64,000 bases of DNA from Lama guanicoe (Eukaryota): the NCBI GenBank assembly GCA_013239625.1, contig MU054212.1:496001-560000 (forward strand). The letters run 5' to 3'. The notes below the pieces were generated by a model that was not told the DNA's origin, searched no databases, and saw nothing but the letters and a program-made list of their open reading frames with translations. Shown one piece after another: positions 50,831 to 64,000 of the stretch. How positions within the stretch are numbered: position 1 is the first letter of the stretch; every line of letters starts with the position of its first letter. Both the position numbers and the translations under genes were made by a program.

Positions 50831-52221
50831 ATTTGTATGTGGCTATATTATATGTATAATATAATGTATATAAAGTGTTTTTAAAACTGCAGTAAAATAC
50901 AAATTCACTAGTTTTCTACAGCAAACCCTATCATGCTGACTGTCTACACATTAATTTTGCATTAGCTTATTGCTGCCAGGGTAAGTTGGTTTTGTGCAAC
51001 TAAGCTTCACCTACCACATCCATTTAATTGAAGTGTTTAAAAATGAGGTGTTTAAAAATGGCTATCATAGGCACCCACTTAGCTGCGTCAATTGGTATTA
51101 TCTCCACACTGTACAGCCGGGACCAAAAGAAGTGAGTTAGATGCTAAGGGTAGCCTCAGGCTAGAAAGGTCCTCCCTAACTCCTGGTTTCAGATTTGCTT
51201 GTACTTGGATGTCGATATATCCGTATAATGCAGTAAAGATACCAAATGTTGTAGGAACTCAGAAAATGTCAGAGACAGCTTCGCAGAGCGGGTGACACCG
51301 CACTGTGCCTTCGGAGAATGGTAGGATTTGGGTGGATGAAAAACAGGTGAAGCGGGTTCTGTTCTGAGTTTTCTTTTGAAGCAAGCTTTGGTCACCCCAG
51401 GGGCATTCCTTACCCCCGTAAGTCCCGTAGGAGGCCAGCGATTCAGCCGTGCCCAGTCCACATCAGCTTTCAATAAAGGGAATAAGCCTTGGTGGCCAAG
51501 GAGATACAAGGCATTTTTTTAAAAAAGGCTTCCAGAAAGGAATGAGATCATTTAGGCCCCTTGGTAGGAAAAGGGATGCCGGTGGTTGAAGCTGGAAAGA
51601 CAGGGAAGCATCCGTCTTCGTTTCCATAAACTGCCATTGAGCACAGGCCACGGTGAATCTGAAAAACCAGAAAATAAAGATTGATGAAACCACATCAATC
51701 CTGAATTTGCTATAAATAATTGCATGCTGTTTCCAGCTGTCAGAATCCATTTCTACTTGAAGGCCCACCAGAACAGGGAAAGGTCAAGTGGGAAACCGAG
51801 GGAGAACCTCAGGGGAGCGATTTTCCTGGAAGGCGGCCTCTGAGAGGTTCCGTTGAAATACCAGCGTGGAAGGAACCGGCCTCACCTGACGCTGCTGTTT
51901 CTAATTAAATTAGCTCCCACGGACATCTCAGCTCTTCGAGACTGGGGAGCCTGGAGAGGCATCCGCCTCCCAGGGCAGGCCTTGGCTTCTTCTTGTCCAT
52001 CTCCAGTCTTTGTGCTGCAGACCCCATAGCACTAGGCACAGAGGGCCCCCCTTTTGTCTCCTAATGGAAAACAAATGTGTATCTGGCTTAGAAGGTCTTC
52101 AGCATGTAAAGGCATTCTTGTAAAGCAGCAGTTAAGTCCTCATGATTGGGAAGGAAAGGTGAGGTCACTCATGCTCAGGCTGTTGTCACGGTGGGCTGTT
52201 TAAGAGAAGGCTCCCTCCCAC

Positions 52222-52620
52222 CTAGAGATTATCATATTTAGTGAATTAAGTCAGACAGAGAAAGACAAATATCATAATGGTATCACTTATACTTGGAATC
52301 TAAAAAAAATGATACAAAGGAATTTATTTACAAACCAGAAATAAACTCACAGACATAGAAAACAAACTTACAGTTACTAAAGAGGAAAGGCAGGGAGGGA
52401 TAAATTAAAGAGTTTGGAATTAACATATATACTCTACTACATATAAAATAGATAAACAACAAGGTCCTGCTCTATAGCACAGGGAACTATATTCAATATC
52501 TTGTTATAACCTATAATAGAAAAGAATTTTTAAAAGAATATGTATTTAAAACTGAATCACTTTCCTGTACATCTGAAACTAACACAACATTGGAAATCAA
52601 CTATACTTCAAGGGAAAAAA
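52222..52620 (+). mobile_element. Artiodactyl-type L1 3' end
   Basis: AGTCAGACAGAGAAAGACAAATATCAT...AACAACAAGGTCCTGCTCTATAGCACAGGGAACTATATTCAATATC...AAATCAACTATACTTCAA. Confidence 0.8.
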
Positions 52621-55600
52621 GGTACAGGCACTTGTGGAAGAAAACAGAGGGAGAGAGAAGGCCCCGGCCCGGGTTCAGAGAAGAGGGCCCAGGGTGACAC
52701 ACTACCTGAAGAGGCTGGAGATAAGTGGAGGCCGTAGGTCCATCCGACACGACTCAGGTGCTCGTGGGCCTTCGGAAGGCTCAGAGCAGGTTGCAGTCAG
52801 CCTCTGTCTAAGGAGGCATCCCCAGCCCTCTGCGCCTGCATCTCGCTCCCCCCCACACGCCCTGCACCTCCTTTGTTGTCCTGGTATCATAAGGAAACAC
52901 TGCGTGAATGCACGCACAAGTGCACACGCGCTCACGGGTGCACGTGTTTGCTCCGTCGCACTGTGATGCCAGCCCCCAGCCCACCCATCTGTGTGTTCGC
53001 TTGGCTTTTGGGGTCTGGCCAGCTCCTCCTGGAACCAACCTCAGCCATCTGCTTGGGGGCCTGTCTGGCTCCTGTCAGGCTCCTCCCCTGCCTCTGCTGC
53101 GGGGAATTCCTCTGTGTCTAGCAAAACCTGGTGTTCTGTCCTGTTCAGCTCCATCCTGTTCAGCTGCTGTAAGGCATACGGGTCAGTACATCCTGAGTTG
53201 ACCCCTTGAACCCCCAATGCTGGTCCAGTTGCTCCTTCTCCAGGAGATGCTTGCCCAATTAAATCTTGGCTCCCTTTTGAGCTCACTCATGCCCTCTCCT
53301 GCTTCCCACACACTCCACACCAGGTTTGTTCTGGCCTTAAACTCAGGGCCCAGGTGCTGGATTCCCAGCCACCCTCTCCACCTGGCTCAGGGCACCCTTT
53401 TCACAGAAACACCTGGACTTGATTCCTTGGATTCTGGTGCACGCCCAGATCATATGTGGGTTGGCCTGGGATTCCTTGGGCTGGTTCCGTTAGATCGGCA
53501 GGGCTCTTTGCTCCCCAAGGATGAAGCCAATTCTTTTATTTTGAGCGGTTTTCCATTGCTTATGTTTCCTTTCCACCCTCACAGTGTCCTGGCTTGGCCC
53601 CCACTAGTCACACCCTCCTCCCCCATGGGTATCCAGCTCATTCTGTTGCAAGAGCAATGTCGTTTATCTCATCAGCTGCACAAAACCCAAAACCCTTCTG
53701 GATCCTGATTGTTTTTTTTTCCACCAGTACACCTGCTTTTGGTTTGTGCTCCTCTGCACGTCTGGCCAACTTGCTCCCTCCAGCTGTAGGGCCAAGCCCT
53801 TCCCTGCTGGACGAGGCTGAGGGGGAGTTAGAATGCGGCACTGTGAGCTCATGGCCTTGGACCAGCCCCTTTGATTCCTGGTAACCCGAGGAGACTGGGA
53901 GGTGCCTTCAAGATGGCCCCATGTGCTGTGTCTGCTCTGTCTTCTGACCTCCCCATCTGGTCGCTTTGTCAGAGGAGTTTGAACTTTTCCCATGAGGGAA
54001 TCATTGTGGGGCTTCAAATTAGGGAATGATATGATGAAAAGGGTGTTTTGTAAGATCAGCAGGGCGCGGTGGGCAGGGTGGGCTGGGGAATCTGGGGAGT
54101 GAATACCTGGCCAGTTATTAAATCCTCCAACAAGTCTGTTTCTGCACAGACCTGAACGCTAAGATGACCTCACACCTTGGCTTTCCAGGATTTGGCGAGT
54201 CTGATGAGAACCTTGAAACAAAAGTAGACTCGGGCAAGATGAGGGTCTCTGTATCCTCTGTAAACATTCAGAGTTGCTTTCTTGACCGGCATATAAAAAT
54301 GTAGAAACAAGGACCAAATACGTTTACAAATGACTGAAACGTATCCTGCTAGTTCCCCCACAGTGTTATAGGTGGTTTGTCTTCTTCCTGCTTTGTGTTA
54401 ATCTCTTTCACAACTTGAATTGTTCTATTTGTTTACTGTCTGTCTTCCTGAACATAAATTTAAATCTCATGGGGCAGGGACAGTGTTTATCTTATTCACC
54501 ATGTGTCCCAGCATCCAGCTTGCTACTTGATATTTGATATATACCATTAATAAATGAGTGTTTGCAAAAATAGAAAATAAATGGGTGAATTATTTTTTAA
54601 GGTAGAAACATATTATTTGAACAAGCTGATTGGCAACTCTTGGGCGTGCTGATTTCAGTTTGATTTTTTTGCCTGATTCATCAGCTGGAGACTCTAACAA
54701 AACGTAGCCAGATTCAAAATCATTTTCCTAGCATTTTGTCTGTTTCTTGATCTATGCAGCCCTTCTTTTCTTAAAGATCATCTATTTCCCTTCCTTTTTG
54801 AGGAAGACTCCCATGACCCACTGAGGGGTGTGAACTGTGTCCATCTGTATGCTGGATGTGGATCTGGCTTTAGATGCATATGCTGCTACTGGGAGAGGGT
54901 TTTTTTTTTTTCTTTTTCCTGCATAATCAAGGGCAGCTGTGCGCTCTTTGCTCCGCGGCATCGCAGGGGCTGACCGGTCCAGGCAGGGTGCTCTGCAGTC
55001 TCCCCAGCCTGGTGACCTGCCCCGCCAGTGCGCCACTGCGACGTCAGATTCCGTGGCCCTCCTCTGAGATTTCTTCCACAGTCTAACAAGCTCACCGCTG
55101 CCAGGTGAGCAAGGCAGGACCACGCTCAGTTCCATCAGCACCTTTGCTGCTGGATGAAGCTTTAGATCCACGGAAAGCAGAACTAAGCACGCATCAGACA
55201 AACACGTCTTCAGGCTGAAGCCAAGGCTGTTTGTTTATGCTTTAAGACTGTAGCTTCTGTTGAGAGGTGACAGCTGACTTTTCTTTCTTTATCTGTGAAC
55301 ACATATGTATCAATGCAAAACTGTTTGCTTCTTCAGGGAACACAGTCTGATGTGACTTCTGCTGCAGAAGCATCCAGATTCTTGGCTTTAAAATTTGCCA
55401 AATCATGACCAAAGTTATCACAAGTTTGTTGCTGAATCTGGAGATCAAGCCCCCAGTGCTGTGGCCTCAAGTTGAAGCCGTGTCTGAGCACTGGGGGAGA
55501 GAACAGTGCGATGTTAGAGATGGCACTTGGCTTTGACAGAGTCCGGTGTTTGAAAACCAGCACCTTCACCAAAGATTATCAGTGAAAGTTGGATCCTAGA

Positions 55601-58600
55601 GGTTCTTCTCTTCAGGGCTCCTTGCAGTCGTGGGAACCAGGAGATGGGATCTTATCACATCTTGCAAGAGGCTTTTCTACCTGCTTAAACAGCCAGCTCT
55701 GCTCTCTCGGTTAGTGTCACTCATGCCTTTTCTTGCTGGGTCTTGGTTGGGGAGGCAGCTTTGTGACTTCCCAGCCTGGGGGAGGGCCCCGAATTCCCTC
55801 TTGGCTGCTCACTGTCCAAGATCCCCTCCTTCTGTCTTGCTCAGACCCTGCGAGTCACCAGTGGTGGAACCAGAGTTTAGCTTCACCCCGAGGCGGGTTG
55901 CTTTTCCTGCTTCCTTTGTTTTTAAAAAAGCAACCACTTGTTCTTTTCATGGTTTCAAACCCAGACTATATATCTACTTGTAAAAAAAAAATCTATGTAT
56001 TTACTTTTACAAGTACATATGGAAGTAGGAACAAATCTAAAAGGACACACATCAAACTCTTAGAGGCTGCTCTCTGGTCCTGGGGTTTGCAGGTCATTTC
56101 CGCAGTTTCTACTTCATAACATTTCCTAATTTAAATTTTTTTTACACTGAGACCTATTACTCTTCATAGTCACAAAAGCTGGGGAAAAATCCATTGGGAA
56201 AAAAATTCAAACAGAAGAAATCCATTTTTAACAGATCACAATGCCTTCCTCCTGTGAGCTGCTCAGCGGTGCTGGGGGCACTGTCCTGTCTCCCCCCCGA
56301 CCCCACCTCCTGCACGATGAGGGTCTTCTGCCTCCCCCTACTTCCTGCTGTGGTGAGGCGCTGGGAAGCTTTCTGAGGGTGATTTCTGGGCCTCTGATGA
56401 TCAGACTGGGACCTGGTATGTTGAATGCAGAGGGCCCAGGAATAATTGTGTAGAGAAAAGCACTGAGTGGAAGGTCAGGGGCTCTGGGAGAACCCACAAA
56501 CACCCCCCCGCCAGTGCTGGAGTTCCTTGTTTATTCAGCCCGCCTTGATCTCGTGCCTACTGTTTGCTAAGCCCTGGGTCTCTGTGGGTGAGGAGAGCAG
56601 GCCCCTCCCTGAGCAGCTCACTGGCTGGCGTGGTTCAGTTCTGCCTCAGGGATGGAGGTGGTCAGTGGGAGAAAGACACAGGTAACAAAGCGACGTCATA
56701 TGTGTGGGTGTCTCATGACTGTAGTAAGAAGTTATTTTCGTGGTTGGCGATTTTGTTTGTTTGTGGTTTTGGTCATCATACCTGTCTGAAGGGATCTGAA
56801 GTAATTATGACCTCAGCTTGCCTGTCACCTGTACACCTGTGAACACATAACCGTGCCTTCCAGTGGCCCATCAGACAGCCAGGAAGGGAGTTCCTTACAT
56901 GGAGGGCCAGAGCCACACAGTTAAGTGGCCTTTTTGTGAGGAGAGTGATGGTGGGCCCAGATAGCCAGGGTCTCTTCTTGCTCTCAGAGCCTGTGCTTTG
57001 CTCCCAGAGATTTTTAATGTTCCCTGGGGGTCCCAGCGTGCAGCCAGGGTGGAGAGCATTGACCCAGCCTGACTTTCTTGTTTGACACTAATGCTGAGGC
57101 CAGCGGGTCACCTTCCCAATCCCATGTTGGTTCTCACTCTCAGGCCAGAGCTGTCCCCTGTGGTGCCCACTGCCTGACGTTGAATTTTGGGCCAAGCTGC
57201 TGCCCCAGGGTCACCCCATAAAGGGGTTGTTCTGGATCAGGTGGTCCAGCTGGACCCCAGGGGCACTCTTTGACTTGCACTGCAAGGAATTGTTAGCCCA
57301 AATGACAATTTGGTAGGTATATCCAGACAGGCAGTCATCCTAGGCAGAGTCCAGCATTCAAAAGATAATACTCTGAAATGGGTCTAGGGGCTTTAGGGAG
57401 GCAGACTTAGATGTGAGCATTGAAGGTCAACCACATCAGCCTCAAAAGTGGCCAGTGTGGAAAGGCCCAGATTGTAATTGTCAGACAAGATGGGGGCCCT
57501 GCTGCTGAGGACTCACTCTGAGGACCAGTCATAGGCTCTTCCATTTGGTGATGTCAACGCATCGTGCTTGGGCTCTTACCGAACGTCTGCTTGGTTAATA
57601 AGGGGGATGCTATTTGGGTCCAAGGCTAAGTATTCCTCATCAATCATGAAGACATGCAAAGGCCCCTGCTTGTTACCTGTGCCCGAAGGTAAGAAGTGTA
57701 GACAGTAATGGACTTGGTTTGTGGGGCAGATTGCAGGGTGAAAAGGGCCTGGTGGAGGTTGGCCACCTGCCCTTAACCTTCCCATTCATTGTGGGCTTTC
57801 TGAGGACAGAAGGCAAGGGGAGAGGTTATTACATAGCTTGGAAGGATCTCGAAAGGTAGCAGAAGCAGAGATGAGCTATCACCACAGGGCACGCCCTCGT
57901 GGCAGGAAAGACAGGCATCGCATCTTTGTTTACCTGGTACCTTGTGACGCTTTCTCTCCAATGATCCGTGGTAGTTTTTCCCCAGCTCTGTGTGTGCGTC
58001 TCAAAGGATATATTGCTTGGTTCCGTTCATGAAGAGGGGACGCACATCTGCTAAATTTAAAGGAACAGGTGGGCAATTGGTTTTTGGATTTCTTTTCCCT
58101 TTAAGGACTCCAGACCTTAAGTACCTCTTTGTGTGTGAGAGAGAATCTATACTGTTCAACTCATGAAGAGGCTATCAAATGCTCTGGCTTAAAAAAAAAA
58201 AAACAAGTCCTTATAAAGGATAGAAAGATGTATTCTACTTTGATTATCTTCCGAATGGCACCTGCCTTTTCCAGCATAGAAATTGCTGGCTGTGACTTTT
58301 AAGTGGGGGAATTGTCAGACTGTGTGCTTTTGTAAATGGACTAGTTTTCTAGGGTGACCCACCCCTGGTCTGAATGCTGGACGGGAGCCCATGGGGCCCC
58401 AACCTGCCAGGCGGGGCCTCGTGTGTCCTCCACAGGTTCACTTGGCATTTTCAGCTGGAAGGCTGGCATGCTGTCTTTGGGGTGGGAGTGGGGGAGGCAG
58501 TCCCAAATCCCAGAGTAGCTCGAGGGATTGTTACTGGAATTCCCTGCTGGTTGTCCCACGGATTCCCCCTTGAACATGAGCTCCTTGAGGACAGGGGTCA

Positions 58601-61209
58601 GGCCGGGGTCAGCTTTGTGTTCCCAGCAGGCCAGGCTCGCAGTTGTGATCAGGTAGGTGAGCTTGGCCTTTGCTGGGAGCTTTGGTTGCATCTTTGCTGC
58701 CTGAGGAGCCAGCCACAGAGCTTCCCGGTGGACCTCTGTTAGGATAACTGAAGGAAGGGACAGCTTGAAGTGCACGGTTGCCTCAGCCTCCCTGGTTACT
58801 GATGGAGCCAAACGTCAAATGTCTGTTTACTGGTCACTTGAAAATGCTGTTCTATAAAGGAAGGCTCAAAGTTTGACAGAACTTGTTGGGATTTTCAGGA
58901 TCTGAAACCCATGAGTTTATCTCTGCCTGTGTTACCTCTAATGACAATTTAGATGTACATACACAAATTAATATTTCACTTTTGATTAAAAAACTCAGAA
59001 CATTATCCAGAGATCAACAGAGTAGATATTTTAATCACTACCTTCTGGCTGTGGAGGAGATGTTGGTATTAAGTGCGAACTGTGCACAGAGGCATGGGGG
59101 CACTAATTTTATAGGTGGCCAGTGCCTCAGCAAATGTGCCCAGGTTAGTTATGCTTAGAAGGGGGTGTAGGGGTGGAAGGAGCACGTGTCACAGGTTGGC
59201 TCAGGCATAGATTTGGAGTGACCTTGCCACTGGCTGGGGTTGGAGGAGTGGCCGGCACCAGGACAGCCAAGTTGATCCCAGTCACTTGAGCAGGGTGGGT
59301 TTTGGGGGTGTGGGTCAGATCAGGGTGCAGCCACAGTGGAAGAAACTGGAGTGACTGTCAAAAGCCCAGGAGCTACATCTCTCCATTTCTTAGTTACTCT
59401 CATTTTCCTATTTCATAGATGAGGAAACTGAGGCTTAGGGATTGAGGAGTTTTTTAAGGCCCCAAAGCCCCCAGACCCCAGGACTGAAATCTGAGTCTGT
59501 CTGACCCAGCACACATGCTTCTCTGTGGGATCACACCGCCTCTTGAATGGGGAGCCTGGCGGCACCTATCCCTGAGAGCTATCGTGGGTGGGAGTGTGAC
59601 TAAATGGGCATCTGCCCCGTCCTAGCCTGGGACTGTGTACCAGCCAGACCTGGCACTGGAGGGGCTGCACCTCAACCGATGGCCTGGATGTTCCTTCAAA
59701 GCCACAGCCACAGTCACAGTGTGCTGTCACAGGGGTCCTGTGAGCTGAGTCCCCAGAGTTACAGGGCTGCACAAGGTCTAGTTACTAATGAATTGGCCAC
59801 CTAGCAAATCCCCACCTGTGAAATCAGTTCCCCAGCTGCTCGGCTAAGACCAGTATCTCCCCATAGCCACTGCCTCCGGTCCAGCTGACAATTGGAAATC
59901 TGGCAATACTACGGAAATGGACATTCAGTCTAAGTTAATTACAGAGTGAAACTGCAGATCTTGCAAAAGGTCCAGTATGTCATGAGGACACTGAAGGTGA
60001 TATTGGAGAACTCTTGGTCCTCACATGTGGACAAACGAGGGTCTCTGAGAATTAGACCCGTTTTCCATTGGAGAGGAAGGAAGGGAGGTGTGTGCTGAGT
60101 ATTTTAGAAAGGATTTGAGTATCAAAAGATGAAGACAGGCTCTGAGAAGATCCTTGAAGCCCTCTAATGGTTTGCAAAAAAAAGACCTTTCTGAGTGTCT
60201 TATTCAAAGTAAAACATGAAGCCAAAGGTATCGGTGTAATTGGTCAGAAAAAGTACACACAGAACAAAGCAAAAAATATTTGTTTCATTTTTTGTTCTCT
60301 AAAACAAATTAGAACATGGTTATAATTGCTTGTTCTTAACCTAAATGTTGTCAGATGAATACAAAATTAACTTATCCTTCCAATTTTAGTTCCATTTTTT
60401 TCCAAGGTAAAGACCCAATCAGATTTTTTTCTGCCCACCCCCTGTCCCCACCAAATCATTTCCATCAAGGGATGGTCTTTTTTCAAATTAATTTACTGTG
60501 AAATTACCAAACACCACCCGACCTTACTAGATATTCTCAATTAACTGGGACCCATTCTTATTTCAGTCTGGCAAAACAAACTAGACTGCAGAGGGTTTAG
60601 CAGGTGGTTTGCAGCTGGAAAGAGTTCATGTTCTGCCACGTGCCCTGATGTATCTTCTCACTGGCTCACTGGTCGCTGAGAAACTCTCCCAGGGGAATAA
60701 CGTCTTCCTTGTTTCTAGTTGTTTTTGAAATCATGGCCATCCAGAGACCATAAGTCTTTTTTTATTGCCTCCTAAGGGCTTTGAGATTTTATTTAATACA
60801 GTTTTAAAATGTAATATTTACCAGCTAACCTGCTTCAGACCACTGATATTGAATTCTTAATGGTATTATCTAATGCTTTAGAAAAAGTGCGCGTGGTACC
60901 CGAGTTAAATACAGTAAGAAGCAACTTGTCTTGTTCTGTCTTTTGGCAGCATGAAAAGAATCCGCCAGTTCCCTAATCACCACAGAGCAGCCCTAGGACC
61001 AGGGAGAAAGCTCAGGATTCAGCCGACCAATATGTGCTTGGCATTCAGGATACAGGCTGGGAATACGGCAGCCTCTTAAAGACATGTTTTGACCAATTTT
61101 TGTTTTTAACAGACCTTTTTTTTTTTTAGAATAGTTTTAGATTTACAGAAATGCTCAATGCATTTCAAAATGCAGTTTTAACTTCTAGACTTTTTCCTTC
61201 TCTCTGCAG

Positions 61210-61281
61210 ACGTCGCCTCATCTCCCAGAGATCATCCTTGGAGACCCTAGAAGATATTGAGGAGAACGCCCCTCTACGGAG
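61210..61281 (+). CDS. CABLES1: CABLES1 coding exon 2 (72 nt, phase 2-2)
   Basis: Polypyrimidine tract plus CAG acceptor (AG 61208-61209) and donor AG|GTGAGT at 61282. Joined to exon 1 (CG+A) it reads RRRLISQRSSLETLEDIEENAPLRR, the known CABLES1 continuation. Too short for the ORF track. Confidence 0.96.
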
Positions 61282-64000
61282 GTGAGTTTTGGGGTTGCAT
61301 TTATGTTATGTGAATGGTCTGCAATACAAGATGGCCAAAGTTTGGGTTTTTTTTTTTTAAGTTCTTGATCTACAGAATTGAATTTTAAAAGTTACAATCT
61401 GATCCCCAGACTTGTTTGGAAACCAAACACTTTGGAACATTGGAACTATGAAATCCCAATTATGTAACAGAGTAGTGCAGTTTGCATGCAAATTCGGGTG
61501 CTATTTCCCGTTCATTTTGAAAATTGCTGTTGATGAAGGAGAGCGCGTCGCAGCCCCAGCTTTCCCAGAAGCAGTGATGCAGTTGTCACAGTCCCTGACT
61601 TCATTAGCAGGTGCCTGCAGTGTTCCTCTGCAGCCAGGTGTTGGTTGGGGAACTTGATTAGGATCACTATCAGTGCTGCCTCGGGGCTGAAAGCATCCAT
61701 TTCTCCCTCTGGATTAGAAAAGTGCTTTCAAGGCATCATTTTTTGGGTGACAGCAGTTGCTGAGCTGTGCCGAGCCTCTGACTGGCAGCTCTCCTTCCTG
61801 TAGTGCTGCATCTCCCCACCGGCCCCTCTGCACCGCGGTCCACCCGGCCCTCCTTGAGTGCGGGAGGCACACGCCACGCCTCCTGCAGCTGGGCTGGCAG
61901 GGTGGGGAGCTCTTCCCTGCAGGAGGAGCTGAGGCGAGGTGGGACCCTGTGGGGTGTGATCGGAAGCTGTGGCTCCACAGGGGCTGCATGGCAGGCTGCA
62001 GAGGGGGAGGCCACTTGTGCCAGCCCCTCTGGAACCCACATCTGCACCCCTCGTGCTTTGGCCGCTGGCCAGACCCAAAGTCCCTGGCTCCTCCTCCCTT
62101 TCAGCCTGGTAGGGAGCTGATGTGGAGGGAGACATCTCGCCTTGGAGCTGGCTTCTTCCCTGCCCGGAGCTTCACTCCCAGGCTACAGGTCATGTCCACA
62201 CACTGTCTGGACAAAGGGTGGAGCACAGAGAGGGCTGGGATGTGATCAGGAGCATCAGTGACTATGACTCTCATCACTGACATCTTTCCAAGGAGAAAGT
62301 CAAGGCCAGACAGTCCAATTTCCACTTTTAAAGTGTTTTAGAAAACATACATAACCTCTGGGACCATCTTAGGCTGAGTGGCATGTGGCTGTGTGCCACA
62401 TGGCCCTGTGCAAGTGGCCCAAAGTAGTCAGCGAGAGTGAGGGGGAAATGTCAGTGGCTTTGGCATTGGAGCACAATCAGTGCCAATCAGTGAACAGAAC
62501 TGCAAAGGCCCTGGGGTTTGGAGAGGCTTCAAGGAGCCACAGTCAAGGAAACTATGTTAAAAAAAGTCACAGGCTATGAACTGCTCCCTCCTCAGGGATT
62601 CAGGCGGGGCGGGGGGCCGGAGCGGGGGCTGTTCGCTGTGCTCCTGGCCCATCAGCCCTGTGTCCGCCTCTCACATCCGCCTTGGCTGGTCCTCTGCCCT
62701 CCAGCCCCCCGTCCTGTGACAGCACAAACGAGCAGAGCAAAAACGGCTTATCTGTACTCACTGTAACTTCCTCCAACTTGCTCACAGAATACTGTTCTCA
62801 ATTTCCAACAAATCTTGTGTAAACATGAAGTTTAAAAAATAAGTCAGAAATCAAGGGAGTGGAGCAGGTTACGAAGTCTTTATTTTCTTTAATGGACCTT
62901 TTTGATTTAAAAAATTGTAATATTTACTTAAAGACTTACTTGTTCCTAAGGAATAAAAATAGCAGAAGGGATGTTAGTTTGGGAGACAGGGGACTTGAAT
63001 TCTTGGCCCAATTCTTCTCCTAACTGGTTACATGGCTTTAGAAATTCACTTACCTACTCTGGGGCCTTGGTTTTCCCATCTGTAAAATGGGAGGGGCAGA
63101 TCAGCTGTTCTCTGAGGTCCTTTCCAGATTCTGTATGTACCAGTAATGAATGTACCAGTAATGACGCTGAAATGTTTTGGGAAATGTGGAGGCGGAAGGC
63201 TATTAGCCCAACTTGCTTCTAAGCTCAGCATACAGAAGAACAAACTGCTCCAAGGCATCTATTAAAAACCTTTTGCATAATTAAATGTATCCTGTAATCA
63301 GTGCTAACAAGAAAGAGCTAAACTTTCATTAAATTAGTTATTAATTTAATTCTATCCTAATTTAATTTTGCACCACTTAAAATGTATGGTTTTGAATGAG
63401 TACTTACACGTTAATGCAGGCAGCTTTGAAATTAATTCCTGCTTTGCTTAACCTGCCACAACCTGAGTGCTTAGTCTTACAGTTTCCTTGGCAATTGTTG
63501 CTAACGCCACAATTCTCTTAAAGCCTTTCTTAGATTTGGGGGGTGGGGGGTAGCTGAATGCTTAAAAAAAAGCACAAGGCAACAAACAGCTCACTGATGG
63601 AAGGACTATGTCAGTAGCATATGCAGTTAGAATTGGGTGCTGATATCAAAATAAAGCACCTCTGTTAAGTTATCCTGTTAAAAGTCTTGCTTTTCACCTC
63701 ACAGTTAATAAGTTAGTTTCTGTATCCACCTTGAACTCCAAGAACTGGGCGTTTGCAGTGAGAGGGTTTAGGCTGAGGAGTTTTCCACTTTGCCTGGGGT
63801 TACCTGGTATCCTAGAAGTAAGGACCTAGGCCATCTCTGCTAGGTGTCCAGAAGAACCTCAGTTCAGCTGCGGCAGGTGTGGCAGTCATCACCACCTGCC
63901 CGTTTCCAGCCTGTCTGGGGTGATGGGTACAGGCTGCTGCACCATAGTGATTACTGGTGCTGACAGTCACCTGGGCCCCTTTTGCAGACTTCTGGCTCCA

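Larger units (their letters stand above)
24775..61209 (+). other. CABLES1: CABLES1 intron 1 (36,435 nt, GT-AG)
   Basis: Bounded by GTGAGT and ...TTCTCTCTGCAG. Phases of the flanking exons match. Candidate branch point TTTTAAC at 61176-61182. Confidence 0.92.

Noticed and set aside
61714..62245. Overlapping ORFs after exon 2 as possible exon 3
   Set aside because: None contains the expected continuation as I recall it (CRTLSGSPRPK...), so exon 3 lies outside the window.
1..64000. CRISPR arrays, prokaryotic operons, intact transposase/RT ORFs, rRNA/snRNA genes, processed pseudogenes
   Set aside because: None seen. The sequence is mammalian and all transposons are short, decayed, non-coding fragments.

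Overview
Mammalian genomic DNA, very probably camelid, judged from four copies of the tRNA-Ala-derived Vic-1-type SINE and a matching L1 3' end. It holds the 5' part of CABLES1 on the + strand: a CpG-island promoter with a TATA box (23591), coding exon 1 (ATG 23903 to 24774), a 36.4-kb intron 1 and the 72-nt coding exon 2 (61210-61281). Later exons, including the cyclin box, lie beyond the window. The rest is intergenic or intronic sequence rich in old repeats (L1M, L2, MIR, MLT1, MER21, MER5/20/58, Tigger/MER46/MER82), with several nested insertions and target-site duplications (TSDs), and one 82-N gap. Nearly all entries in the ORF track look like chance ORFs. I found no convincing new biological system. 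The best leads are: a strong-Kozak uORF in the CABLES1 leader; an apparently disabled counterpart of the human alternative first exon; an unexplained 44-bp dispersed duplication carrying a splice-donor motif; a consensus CTCF site; a (AGC)7 poly-Ser tract; and a candidate upstream enhancer. Repeat family names come from remembered consensus sequences and repeat boundaries are approximate. No database search was run.
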